A stretch of 64,000 bases of DNA from Podospora anserina. Its lineage: Eukaryota. Made by a program: the position numbers and the translations under genes. The stretch spans positions 7,812,001-7,876,000 of the forward strand of contig CM030332.1 of assembly GCA_017654855.1 (NCBI GenBank). The letters are read 5' to 3'. Below the pieces are notes generated by a model, which was given only the letters and a program-made list of their open reading frames with translations, ran no database searches and was not told where the DNA came from. Within the stretch, counting starts at the first letter, position 1, and every line of letters begins with the position of its first letter. Of this stretch, positions 34,301 to 46,446 are shown in pieces.

Positions 34301-34381
34301 GGGAAAGCTGGAAAGGGATTGTTCAGCAAGGGCAGAAACAAGCTCCGGGAAACGGGTGACAAGGTGTTTTCAAGTTCATGA
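31355..34381 (+). CDS. 1008-aa largely disordered S/P/T/E-rich fungal protein of unknown function
   Basis: Long uninterrupted ORF with CAACATG context. Short motif-like islands: KTRKWANFKPQNYDGDDWG, FVRPADIYR, RFSWE, RIRTFNDSRAQFAAIDTGLDEWL and KGLFSKGRNKLR. Confidence 0.85.
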   Translation: MYKVNVSRQKTRKWANFKPQNYDGDDWGDEYEDDEPEPNPPPQSKPMGPRSPTEPQQFQRAVTMPESTGSLATLPSQSHQQPRKSSLDAATSPTSPSSLASPSRSPFVRPADIYRKLEEERKRSLESPRPALSSVTGPPVVDRPQYAAGAEAGSREDEERAGVNRDSRPGLATVPERRSEYGLEGLLDSYGSDEPSNEPASYTPHYTTSEAQPPAHVEDSKVDVGKQLRRYSTSPQLPLVTRMSGFGEDLFSPSSFLDSSNQQPSVPAVGVPAVGVPTTSTTTGTAQVSNDPSRTQSPALTLRQHQPQQSPSTPATQGINLASTAPETTAGETPLTHDSNHPVSPAAMKHGAETSSSAIAVQQDSGAPPSSNIPAQQQPAADLPREPAANKQSNEKGILRPSLPGGWVSETPATPGEALLPSQIEPVPAAVERAGGDANSGTPAEHAAFSMDSSHAPSYGGASPVKESGLLETQKAPLPRPASPRALPPLRTTSPSLGTTSAMVPGSESNVSYETTEKVESDALAAPEPTTTTTETSEITPTAPLNPRRDPPEITTDVHPVLSPPSYGAGSTLEADTSSPLKENDVLSEEIMKSLSPVQSTERFGNIHADTTDAYQAAARSPVRESSYLGDVYDDYWTASEEKVEAELFAAAATGQQPEAGRPSDAPSVSVAEPPREETAPSLDVKAVALSASSPTSPAKPAASEGGVGNTPVMEDTRKRFSWEAGFSDPAPVSIQPAVKEPAAEPKSLALPAITTLPAELDAARSSPAPGLKADAVPLADTVSQASSTLVPRSANATPIEPPSPISVLSDRPNGKSLAYADEKIAVEPPTGEERTSPTPENIAPQEQQQQQLASRAVAPRKGSINILPFRQVLEMPMPPDRIRTFNDSRAQFAAIDTGLDEWLTMMTSRHPEHTNAFVAGFGSQQGLSPTGAPSQQFGGNGAHGLPANIPMPPPHQHGASGFSHLQHSAQVQKSKVLLMAAGKAGKGLFSKGRNKLRETGDKVFSSS

Positions 34382-37107
34382 TATGTGTCTTCTTTCTCTG
34401 TTTTTGGTCACGAACTTGCCCAGCTGGGGTTGGGTTGTATATTGTGTTAATACGGTTGGAAATTACATTATTTTTTTCCAGGTACAAGCATCAGCCACGT
34501 GAAGTCAGGTTCAGGTTTGGGCAGGTGGGTAGGTGGTTTGTTTTGGTTAGGAGGAGGGTTTTCTTTTCATATAGGGAGGTGGCATCAGGGTATGGCATAC
34601 AAACGTTGAAGATCACGGGAATTACACACAGACTGTTGAACAGATGAAAGCTATCATCGCCCATGGAACCTCTTGAAGGAGCATGACCTGTCTTTCACAC
34701 ATCAGACCAATACCTCCAAATGTCATTCTGCGGCAACCGAAACACATCTGCGGAAACCGGTGCAGATGATGGGTGTTTTTTGGGGCCGGTTCTACCTGTG
34801 TTTGATACCGTTTTTTTTTTTTTAAAAAAAAAATCATTTCCCTGGGGGGGACATCGATTAGCTGGGCGGTACAATTCTTTTGTTCAAGTCTCTTCGGGAA
34901 GCTGTTAGGAAGCTGGAGTTGATGATTGCCGAGAAATGTGGTGTGGCGAGTTCACTGTCAGAGGATGAGAAGGGAGTGCTGTTGTGGAGTTGGGAGAGGC
35001 TTGGGCTTGCAAGCAGCTGATAGAAGATTATAACATACTCTTGATGGTGGAAATCGATCGAAGAGGAGGACGAAATCGAAGTATTGGGGCGTAGGTTTTG
35101 AACCTCAGGGGGACTGTTAGATTAGGATATGGATGAGGAGGTTTTGGTAAGCAGCATGGCATGAGAATAGAGGGCGGGCGCCTTTACAGGAAGAGCAGTG
35201 GAATTCAATACGGATATGCCTGAAGCAATCATCAGTTCTGTGCTTGACTGACAACCATTACCGTAGTAGCATTATTGATCAAAGAGATGGGGTTCAAAGA
35301 CCACTTGTATGGGGGTCGGTAAAGACTCTACACGCGAGTGATATAACACTTGAAAGAACAATGATGCCGAATTTCATGTGCTACAGTGTACAGTGACCAA
35401 GGTAGGTAGGTAGGTCGGTACCTACCACGGAAGGACTATACACACACACAGCCTTTTCTTATGCTCCTTCTCGCTGCCACGCGCCGTAGTTTAGCTTCTC
35501 TCATCACATCATCCACCGCGATATCGGGGGTCTTGTTTGGGGCACTGCTGATCACAGCAAAGAAAGGAAGTTGGGACAAGGCCGGGGGCCGCAAAAAGGC
35601 GATGAAACAAATTGAAGGATCTTGCTACGCAGTATCGATTTCCTCTCCATGGCCAAATCCACAACACCTCCTCGGAGTCGAATCCGATCTGCCCTGCAGT
35701 GTTCCCAATGCCCAGCCGGCTACTGCTGAGAGGTCCAAAGACGCAACCAGCGTACCAAAATATTTCTTCTGTTCCACGGCTTCTCTGGCTTCCAACGCAA
35801 CACAAAACCCGGGCATTGCACCACAAGACTCTCAAGGTGAGGATGATCACCAGGAGCCAAGAGGCAGCGAACTCAGCACATGCTACCCTACGGCACAGCC
35901 CGCCTGGAGAACTGATAGTGCCAGCCATTCTCCACGTTCGCAGTAACTCTAGCAAGGATCTGTGGGCACCCACTCATCGTGTCCCGGAGCCCGTTGTTTC
36001 CCACGCAAAAATAGCATGGTCGCGAAATGTTTACTCTACGGTTCTCAGCCCAGCGAGGCAGCATGATCTCAGCATCAAACGGCAATAAACAAAAGGGGAA
36101 GAGTGGTGATAGAAGAACACGAGCCAGTGTAAAGCAGACCGGTAGTAACAGAAACTTTACTGTAAGTCCCCATCACCGGTCCACAGGGCATCAGGCTGCC
36201 ATCTCAGCCCATAAGCAGCAACAAAACTCAGGCAGGGTTCAATGAACACCTCGAACGGGCCTTGGAGAAGCTGACCCCCTGTCTGCGGGGGCTGAACCTC
36301 GCATCCAAGACAAGGGTCCTCTTCTGCCAGCAATTTCGACCTCTCAAAAACAGGAAACTGCTGTCGCGGCTTACTCTGCATCGTGTTTCTTTTCTTTTGC
36401 ACTCTTTGCTACCGTCGTCATTGTTTCCAGCTCAACCGTGGGAACGACAACGGCTCGGTCCCAGCTATCGCGAACAAACGTGGGCGTCCTGGACCCTGAT
36501 GCGACCAGCCCCCACCTCCACATGGGACGATCGACAAGCTTGAGCTTGAGCTTTTGCTTTTCCCCTCTTCGTCTCAGCTCCAACACTGACGGCGGCGACG
36601 TTATATATACGGTGCCCGAGTCACCTCCGGTCGGGCGGCGGTTCAACACAATCCGTCCTCCGACACAACGGAGGCCCTACCTAGGTGATCGAATTGTACC
36701 GGATTGTCGGGTCTTGCAATCGGAGCTCGACCAAACGCCCTCCTCCAACACAGACACACCCAGAAAACCGGTGGTGTCCTCGGCGCTGCGCAACACCGGC
36801 ACACGCGGCGCTTGGGCTCAACCTGCAACAGACCAGCAATTGGTGAGAGATACGAACCAAGAAAAAGTCAGTGGACAATTCAACTCGCAGTCGCCGCGCC
36901 GGCGACCTAGCGACAAGATCGGGAATTAGTTTGAAGCAACACAAGGAGGACGGCAGTCACTTGCAACCTGGCCGTACAGTCGGTTCACAAACCACGCACA
37001 ACTAAATCCGAGCTCCCACTTGCGTCCGCGCTGGCTTTCCCACCGTTACTTTCGCGACACATCGTCGACGTCACCAAGTACTCGCTTTACGCTATCACGA
37101 ACTTACA

Positions 37108-37411
37108 ATGGCATCCTACAATCCGGCTTACAAGCCACTACCTCCTCCGGGAAACTTCCAGCAGGGGTATCTCAGCGCCCAGCAGCAACATCAACATCAA
37201 CAGCTTCAACATCAGCAGCATCAGCAGCTCCAACATCATCACCAACAGCATCAACAATACCTACAACAACAACAACAACAACAGCAGCAGCAGCAACAGC
37301 ATCAGCAGCATTCTGGCCAAAATGGGATAGAGCGGCCTCCGTCTTTTGTTGGTCTACCGCCCATTCGCCGTGGCTCATCGCTTGGCTTGAACGCTGAAAG
37401 ATTCTCTGGTG

Positions 37412-37450
<39 letters not shown>

Positions 37451-40400
37451 GTCCGGGTAATAGTAACGGTCATCAGCAGCAACAGCAGCAGCTCCAACAG
37501 TATGGACAGCAACATCAACAGCACTCCGGCACGGCGCAACAAAACCCCAACACCGGTCATCAGGGACAGCAACATCCACAACAGCAATCGATTGTTCAGT
37601 CTGTTTACCGGCCAACCCAAGGTGCGTCTGGTCCGCAAACCCAGGCCCCTACTCAAGGGCAACAAACATGGCAGCTACAAGGTCAAGGTCAACAAGGACC
37701 ATCCCCGGGCCTGTCCCGCGGGTTTGCGGGAGCTGCCGTCAATGCTCCACACGGAGTGAACGGAGTGCCCCCGCAGGGCCCACAGCAATATACAGATGGT
37801 TCCGGTCGACAGGGACCGATGCTTCCTCATATGCTACCGGGCAACCTTTCCCAGAGGTTTCAGCCTCAGAGTTGGGTACCGCAGGAGTCACATCTAGCAG
37901 AACCTCTACATCCCTCGAGCCGCCATCGTTCCTCACCAAGCAATGCCTCATCACAGCACCAGCAGCAACAGCAACAAGCACAGCAGCAGCAGCAGCAGCA
38001 GCAGCCCCATCAGCAGCCATCACCCCCGCAGCAACAGCAGCAACCATACTACGGATTTGACAAGGAGACCGGCGGCCCTGTTTCTGGAGGGCACTCCTCG
38101 CAAAGACCAAAACCACAGGCTTCCCAGCCATCTCAGCAAACACATCCGGCTTTTAGGGATCAGCAGCACTACAACGGGTTACCAAGCCAAAGAGCTCACC
38201 CAACGCAACCTCTTCCTGCTCTCCCGACTATTCATCAAAGCCCTGTCATCCCGCAGGGATCCGACCAGGAGAACCAGCAGCAAAAGAATAATGTATCACC
38301 GCCAGGCTCCGGCGCTCCTGGGATCACGGTTACTGAAGATGGGCGTATCAAGCGCAACTCGGGCGTGTACTCAGGACTCAAAGACAGATTAGCCACGGGC
38401 GGTCCAGTCGAGCGCCGGGACGGTGACGGTACTCCACGATATCAGGGGGTTGGCAACGACGTCGTCTCTGACTCAAGCGATGACGAGGGCGACTTACCAA
38501 ACCCAATCGGTCCATTTGGGGGAAGGGCGGCCGACAACGATAGTATGATTGCGCATGGCCCGGGCACGCCCATGGGTGAACGTGTCCCGCCTCCGCCATC
38601 GCAGTTTGCGCCACCGGGCCGGAAGCTGACTACTTTCTTCGGCATCGGTGCCACACAACCATCCGGACCTCAGCAGCCGAACTCGATGAGGCCTGACGTG
38701 TCGAGAACTTCCACGTCGACCAATGCCACGGAAAACCAGCCAGCTGGAAGCATCGGTGGACCGCCGAAGAAGCGCTTCTCTGCTCTTAAGAATGTCTTCC
38801 ATCGATCAGAGGGGCATAAGCATTCGCCGTCATTCACTATCAAGACATCACCCTCTCAGGCACAGGCCCAGTTTCAGGGCATGAACCAGGGGCCACCTCA
38901 GGCGTCGTTCCTCCAGGGGCCACCTCCCGGTCCATTGCCAGGCATCCCTCAAGGGGAGGTTCCAAGGACACCTCAGGGGCCGGTTCAGGGGCAGTTCCAG
39001 GGACAGTCACCGGGTCAGATTCAGGGACAGACCCAAGGACAAGGTCAGCACCCTCAGGGTCCCACCCCTCCGGCGGGAGCTGGCCCGCAGCCCGGTTCTT
39101 TCAATCTGTACTCTGGACCTGAGCGAACTGTCACCGGTTTACGGCAGCCAGGTCATGCGCTGCCACCTCCGGGCGCCCAGAATCAGCAGTCACCACAACA
39201 GCAACAGGGGCAACCACAGCAACAAGCCCAGCAACAACAGCAGGGCAGCTTTGCGCAATACGACCAGACCCGGAAGCCCAGTGGTGGCATGTTTGGATTC
39301 CTACGCAACCGAGCTGACTCCAAGCCCAAGGATGGTCCTCCTGCTGTCTCGCTGCCAATCCCCCCGGGGCAACCAATTCCCTTTTCGCCGGGGCGGGGAG
39401 GACAACAGCAATATGGCATGAGCCCAGCATTGGGTCCAGATGGACGCCCTTCCACCGCGGCTAACCAGCAACTATTCCAGTCCCAATTCGGGAGAGGAGG
39501 TCCGGGATCGCCAGGCCAAACGCTACCTGTCTCTCAGCCCTCTGATAACGGTCAGCTAGATGATGAGTTTATTGCACATCGACCGCCGCCGCTTCCTCAA
39601 CAAAGTCAGAGTCAGCTGTCGTTTCAGCATGGTCAGGCAGAGAATCTATCTACCGTCAGCCGCCAACAAGAGCAAGAAACTACGCCTTACTTGCAGAATG
39701 CTCAGTTACACCAGCCAACCAAATTGCTCGACCCAACCCCTGCTGGCTCCGCCTTTGAGTCTCCCGTCTCGAGCAAATCGCAACCTGTTTCTCAGGCTGC
39801 CGTTGAGCAAGGACGGCATCTGAACGATTCGCCTGCTAGTTTCACTGTTCAGCAAGCTGTTGCAGTTCGCCAGCCTCCAGCTCAGAGCTACGGACAGGGC
39901 TCTCGGTTCAGTCCAACCCAAAACCCCACGCGCAAGCCTCTGAACGTCTCGGAGGGGTTGAATAACGATCAATCTGCTCCTCCCGGAAGTCCTCCTGCCG
40001 GTTATCAAGGACAGGGCCCGACACAGTTCGGGGTGTCGGGACCTAGCTTCCAACAAGAAACGCGAGGTGCTGGACCATCCCAGTTCCACCCTTCTGCCGG
40101 AGTTCAGCTGCCGGATCAAGAGAGTAGAGCCCCGTCAAGACAGTCGATCTCTGCTGTTTCGCCAACCGTTGAGACGCCCTCTATCCACATGCATCCTCAG
40201 GGACTGAGTCAGGGACCAGGAGCTGGGCCTCGCCCCCCGAGCGGACACTCTTACCAGTCTAGCCTTCAGTCCTCTCAAGTTCAACAAGGTCAGGCACCTC
40301 TCCAAGGGATTAGCACTCAGCCCACTTGGGGATCGGCCCAAAGTGGTCCTCAGCCCAACCGCGCACCGTTCGGTCCGGGTCCTCGTCCGAATGGCAACCC

Positions 40401-42615
40401 TATGATTTCTCAGTTTCACCAGAAGGAAAAGGAACAAAGCACAATTTCGAAACTTTTCAAGGGCAGCAAGGCAACCGGGCCGTCGGCACCGAAGCCAGAA
40501 AAGGGCGAGAAGGAGAAGGGTGGCAATCTCTCGGGGTTCCTTGGTGCTTTCAAAAAGGGGACGAAGCAGATGGAGATTCATTCACCCAACGCTCTGCCGC
40601 CCATGGGTGGCCAACCGTTCTTGGCCGGGCAATCTTCTCAAGGCCAGAAATCCCAGCCTTTCGCGCCTCATCAGGTGGGAGTTCAAGCCCAGCCGCAGCC
40701 ACAACAACAACCTCCAGCTGGTGCGTCCACTCAGGAACAAAGGCCCCAGCAAACTGGTCCTGCTGGTCAGTATCCATACCAAAATCAGCCTCAATTCCAG
40801 AGACAGCAAGGGACTGCGCCAACAGTCCAACCATCGCCGCCATCCCAGCAGCAAGCTCCTCACCCTGGTCCGCCTCCCACCGAGCCAAAGTACGAGAGGG
40901 TCCCTATTCCTGCCTCGTATGGGTATGTTCATGGCGAGGGACGTGTTGCTCCTGGGCCTGTTGGGTTCTATGTTGGCCCTACACCTGTCGGGTTGTATGG
41001 TATGCCTCAAGGGCAGATGATTCCAGCGGGCTATCCCCAGCAATGGGTACAGCCAGGAGGGATGCCAACTCAAGTCCCGCCTGGAGCCGTCCCTGGTCAA
41101 GTGAATTCTCAGCAGGTCAATGGAGCTCAAGGTGCTTCACCCCAGCCCTCGAATTCTTCGGTTCCCGTCAACGCTCGTGATCCTTCTCCCGCGTCTCAGG
41201 GTCACGTTCATGTCCAAGCACCTTCACCAGTTCCGGTTCAACCTCCAGCACCCCCACCTGCCAGTGCTGTCCCTGCTCTACAGCAGCCTCCAGTATTCAA
41301 CAGTCAACCGTCTCTGCGTGAGCGGGTTCCTTCTCCGGAGGCCCAACCCACGCAACAGACTCAGCCCCCGCAAACTGCTCAGCCAGCTCAGCCACCTCCT
41401 CCAGTGCAGCAACCAGCGCAGTCACACCCGGCAAGTACTTTGACCGCTGTTCCCCGCCAAATAGAGGTGTCACCTCAATCCTCTGTGCGGACAGCTGCGC
41501 CTCAGGCACCGTCGCCTAACGTCTCGCCTCCTGAGAGACAAGTGCAACCTCGGCCAGAACCAGCTCGTTTCGACAGCCGGGACAGCGACACTTTGCCCTC
41601 TGCGCAGCCAAGTCCCCTCAAGCGGAATGTCAGCCCGCCGCAAAACGGCAGCGCCACTCACCAGCGCCAGTTCTCCGCCGGCAACGGACTTGCTTCTCTC
41701 CCCTCGCAGCAGCGGTACATGCAGTCTAAGCAGTCGCCCTCCCCTCCTAACGGCAGCCAGTTCCTACCGCCAAGGAGCCCGGATCGACAGGCACCAAGCA
41801 CGGTTGTTCCGATTCACATTGCAGGCGCCAGCATCGTTTCTCAGGGGTCAAGAACTGTCAGTCCGCCTCAGGATTCGAGAACCGTCAGCCCAGAACCAAT
41901 CATACAAGGCCCTTCTGCTCCGGTTCAGCACCTGCAGTCACAGAGTCGTGTGCCAGATGACAATATTTACGATGCTACTCCGCGCAACTCGCAGTTTGCT
42001 CCCCAAGAGCAGCCGAAACAACAACCTGAGTCTCAGCAGCAACAGCAGCAGCGAGCCTCACCTCCACCTCAGCCACAGACACCGCAAACACAAGAGGAAC
42101 AGCAACGCCAGTCGCCTGTTCAGACTCGCTCTTCCCCTATGGAGGCCGAAAACACCATAATCATCTCCGAGCCCACCGAAACCAAGTCTGCCGGCCCATC
42201 CCACGACACCACTCGTCCCAAACTCGAGCTCAAGCCCCCGGCTGAACCACGGCCCCGTTCCAACTCTCCCCCGGCCGTCGATCACGACTCCGATGACGAC
42301 CTGTCCGATGTTGAATCGCCCATCATCGCCTCTGCTACTGTCGCGACACTCAAGCCTGCTTCGCCAAGCAACAAGACAACACAAACCGGGGCGGTCGCAA
42401 GAGAAAACATTGCTATTTTTGAACGGGCAAAGAAGAAGGCCGAGGAGGAGAGGATCGCGCAGGAGAGGATGGTGATGGAGGAGAAGATTCCGGTGTTTGA
42501 TGATGAGATGATGAATGCTGGGAAGAAGAAGGAGGATGAGAAGGTGCAGATGAGCGCGACGAGTTATCCGGGGCAGGAGTGGAATCCTTATGGGGAGTTC
42601 CAGGAGTGGGAGTGA
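37108..42615 (+). CDS. 1835-aa Q/P/G/S-rich intrinsically disordered protein
   Basis: Long uninterrupted ORF with polyQ and N12 tracts. Motif islands SFVGLPPIRR, EPKYERVPIPASYGYVHGEG, DNIYDATPR and C-terminal MSATSYPGQEWNPY. Confidence 0.88.
37414..37449 (+). repeat. (AAC)12 coding microsatellite (poly-Asn)
   Basis: Directly visible; flanked by CAA/CAG polyQ tracts. Confidence 0.95.
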
Positions 42616-43238
42616 GTGAGTGAGTGATGTGGTGTCGTTGTAATGTCTGGAATGGTACATATACATGTGTGGATATGTTTATTCATTTGTTTGGGGTAGT
42701 TTTTTTTGGTGATGACGATATCAGCAGACGATCTATTTCTTTTTCTCTTTGTTGATGAGCGTTCTTGTTTATTCTTTGGGTAAAAAAGCTACCAAGTCAA
42801 TATCTAATCTGCTCTTCTTTTTTGTTTCTTGACAGTATTTACTTTGATCACTGCTGTGTGTCTACGTCTTGTTTCCCTGGTTTAGTCTATGGGAATAGCC
42901 TCACCGCTTAGCAAGCCAGTAACCAACGTGAAATGGTCCAATTTGTTACTTATTTTGACACGCTGTGGACACAATCCTCGTCTTGAAATGGAGAACCGAG
43001 AGGTGAGAAGGCAATAAATATACAAAGTCAGAATGTTGACAACTGCTGAAAGAGTGGCAAATACAGCACTTAAGCCGCCAACCCCACATTTCCAAACCGC
43101 TAATTTTCCTGCTCTCCAGCGCTCTGATTTAGTTCTCACCATCGTCATCATCACTTACAACTCAATAGCCATTGTTGTCGCACGCAATCGCGCCCCTCCC
43201 CCAAAACTCAACACCACTTTACTACAAGAACAGACATC

Positions 43239-43979
43239 ATGGCCCCAATATTACCACCATCAAGCAACCCCACTCAGAACAATACCCAAGATGAAATGGG
43301 ACTAGAAGATGTCCACTCCCGACCCCGGCCCCGACCCCGACCCCAAAGATCCCCATCCGAGCTCACCCGCCTCAGAGTCCAAAACCGCCGGCGGGAGTAC
43401 CTGAGCAGAAACCCGTCCTATTTCGACCGGCCAGACCACGAGCTCTCGGACCCCCTCCTCCACGATCACCTGATCCGCCGCTTCCTCACCCCCCGGGAGC
43501 GGGAGGCAGACTCCAAGTCCAAAGGGTACGCCCGCGTCCTCGAGGGGTCCCTCCTTCGGGGCGAGGAACGGTTGGCAAAGCTCTCCTCGGAGAGACCGGC
43601 GGGGGATGAAAATGGTGAGAACGGGGCGGCGGCGGGTGTGTCGCAGGCTGGGAGAGGGAGGGGGGGCAAGGTAGAAGCCGCGGGGACGAGCTTCACCTCC
43701 TTCAGCGCCGAGTTGTCACCCCCGCCGGAGACAAAAGAGGAGGGGGAGGAGAGGTGGAGGGGGTTTCTAAGGGATCGGTTTGTAAGGGGTGAGGATGAGG
43801 ATTTTGAGTATGACGAGGTCGATGACAGGGACGAGCTTGACGAGTTGGAGCGGAGGGAGAGGGAGGAGGAGTGGATCGAGGGGGGGGAACCGGGGTGGGC
43901 TGACAGTGAGGGTGAAGGAGAAGGAGGGGGGAGGGTGGGGAGGGTGCTGACGGGGGAGACGGGGGTGCAGGACTTTTAA
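43239..43979 (+). CDS. CCDC97-like (DUF2052) protein
   Basis: Reads RVQNRRREYL..PSYF, DPLLHDHLIRRF and RFVRGEDEDFEYDEVDD..EEEW, the CCD97-like C-terminal pattern. Confidence 0.8.
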   Translation: MAPILPPSSNPTQNNTQDEMGLEDVHSRPRPRPRPQRSPSELTRLRVQNRRREYLSRNPSYFDRPDHELSDPLLHDHLIRRFLTPREREADSKSKGYARVLEGSLLRGEERLAKLSSERPAGDENGENGAAAGVSQAGRGRGGKVEAAGTSFTSFSAELSPPPETKEEGEERWRGFLRDRFVRGEDEDFEYDEVDDRDELDELERREREEEWIEGGEPGWADSEGEGEGGGRVGRVLTGETGVQDF

Positions 43980-44146
43980 GAGGTTTGGGCAGCGCCGCTT
44001 GCCGGGCTGGGTAGAAGCTGTTGAGAGGTGCGCAAACAAAAAGCCTGATATTTAAACGCCAACAAAAAGCCTGGCAGCTTTGTTTCTGTGGGTGGCATCA
44101 CATCTATCAGGTACCTGTCCCAAAACCCAAGTCTACCCACCCGGAA

Positions 44147-45672
44147 TCAGCTCCTCCCCTCCCTCATGTACCACCTCATAGCCCTCTTCCTCTCCTCAAA
44201 CAACGGCCCCTGCCTCCCGTTCTTCTTCATCGCCTCCCACACGTCCAACGCAATCTCCTCCTCTTCGCTCAACCCGCCATTATCGCCCCCCATTATCGTC
44301 ACCCCCCCCAGCCCATTATCATACCTCCTCACCTTCCTCCTCGTCAACGCCACCTCCCCCTTTTGCTGCCCCGTTCCTGCTTGTCCGTCACCAGCCCGCT
44401 CTTGTTGCCGCTCCAGCAACCCCACGAAAAACAAATCCCCCCTCTCCTCGATAAATCTCACCGCGTGCGTCCTCCTCCAGTGGCGGCGCCAGCAGTCGGG
44501 TCGGCTGCTGTTGTTTTGTTGCTCAATACTCACCCCTTGTCGACAAGGGGACAAGAGAGAAAAAACTTACTACGTCTGTGAGGGCTTGCAGTCGTGGCAG
44601 GTGGTGCGCGTGGACTTGATGTGGAGCGTGTCGATGTGGCGGTCTAGTTCCCAGTGGCGGGGGAACTCGGCGCTGCAGACCTGGCCGGAGGGGAGGAGGT
44701 GGGCGCACTGGTAGCGTTCCTCCGCGTTGGGGGGGGTAGTTCGGCGGGCGTGGGCTATAGGGGGGCTCGGTACGGGGTGTTGGGGGGCGTTGTTGTCGAG
44801 AGAGATGGGGACTGGGGCTGGGAGGAGGTCGGAGAGAAAGGGGTCTGTGGTGACGGTGGTGGTGGTGGGAGAGTTGAACGGGGTGGCGGTTGGGTAGTGG
44901 GGGTCTGGGTGAGGGTTGATATCGATGCTGGCCAAACTGTCATATTGGGGTGTAACTACCTGCTGCATGTCTGCAATGGTGTGAGGTTGGTAGTGCTGCT
45001 GAGCCGGGTTGTGTCGCGTTGGCTGGAAGGCTTGGTGGCTGTAGTCAGGAGCCGATGGCTGGAAGAAAGCTGCTGCGGGCAGTGCTTGAACCTCTGGAGG
45101 TGGGTGCTGTTGCGGACGGGGCAGCTGGGAGACTATTCCACCGGTATTGTTCTGAACAGCTGGAGAGGAGTATGTTGTCTCGGGAAACGGGGCGTGGATG
45201 ATTGAAAAGGCATCCGGCTGAGAAGCGAAGAACGACGGGTGAAGCATCTCCATGAGCGGTGCCATAGTGCCCTGGGGAAGCTGTTGGGTGCCTTCGGGTT
45301 GTTGACCATGACTTCCGAGTGAATTGCGCCGGCATTCGTAGCAGTCATGCTCCCTCGCGACCCAGTCATACCAGGACGTGGGAGAGTTGGGATGGCCGGG
45401 AGGCCAGATGATGTACGAACCAGCGTAGTCGGAAGTTCCGGCGGTGAGAACGCTAAGATCAGCCGGAAGATTCAAGGGACGGGGGAAATCCACGACATTC
45501 CTAGAGTCTAGAGACTCATCATGAGGCCGTGTTTCCTATTCCAAGTCAGCAAGACAACTATCAGGGCAAGAACCCCAATGTGAAAGGGGATAGCCCAATG
45601 AAAACTTACCAACCAGTATCCGTGGGTGTCCCCGGCGAGTGGAGGGACGGGATATGCACTCGTGTCGACCAT
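44147..45672 (-). CDS. C2H2 zinc-finger protein (two fingers), putative transcription factor
   Basis: ATG 45672; introns at about 45608-45501 and 44570-44508. Fingers are YQCAHLLPSGQVCSAEFPRHWELDRHIDTLH and, after splicing, CHDCKPSQTYSRPDCWRRHWRRTH. Confidence 0.75.
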
Positions 45673-46392
45673 TGTTCTCGAGTCAAAGCCTAAAAGGTAT
45701 GTTTGTAGAGATCAGGATGCAGATGAAAGCTCGACAGGACGACCGAAGACTGGGCAGCATCAGAGAAAAGCTCCCATCTTTATACCTGTAACAGGTACAG
45801 GAAGATCCATCTCGGCCTGCTGAATTGCAGCCAGCTGTCGCCCATCTGCACTGTCAACCAACGAAATGTCAGAGAGACCGAGTCCATGCCTGAGTACTCG
45901 ACTTGTAGCCCCTCGGCCCAGCGTCCACCAACTTTGAAGTAATTCCCTGCAAGAGGTCGATCGTGATCCCAGGAAGGCCCTTCCGGGACATTTGCTCCCT
46001 TCACACCCTCAAAACTAGGACTAGCTCCACGTGGGGGACAGTCTCTGAGGCATCCCCAATCGGGTCTCTCGCAGCCATACAAAACTGTTTTGTCGGTGTT
46101 GGAATATCTGCTCGGAAAAAGGACCAAAGCTTCCCGAAGCAGCTCTGGACACCGCCAGCACTGTGTGAAAAAGGACGGCGACCTCCCATCCCATGTTTTT
46201 CAGCCCGTTTCAGATGAAGTTCGGCGAGACCCATTTGCAAACTTCCATATTTTTGAGGTTGAGGCGAGATAAAACTTCATTTTGTTAGTAATGGCGTATT
46301 CCTATCTCTTCCAGATGCCGTATAGAAGCCTCCATCGCAGCATAAAGTGCCTTCCGTTACACCCAACGGCGCGCTCAAATGGCAGCGGGAGA

Positions 46393-46446
46393 CGGGTGGT
46401 ACGGGTGGTATGGGTGGTATGGGTGGTACGGGTGGTACGGGTGGTA
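46393..46446. repeat. Six tandem copies of the 9-bp unit (C/T)GGGTGGTA
   Basis: Directly visible minisatellite. Confidence 0.95.

Noticed and set aside
44567-44572. In-frame TAG in the C2H2 gene as a possible A-to-I-edited premature stop
   Set aside because: It is followed by TAA and coincides with a TA|GTAAGT splice donor; splicing explains the frame.
46393-46446. Tandem repeat considered as CRISPR-like or telomeric
   Set aside because: No spacers, eukaryotic context, and the unit is not TTAGGG.
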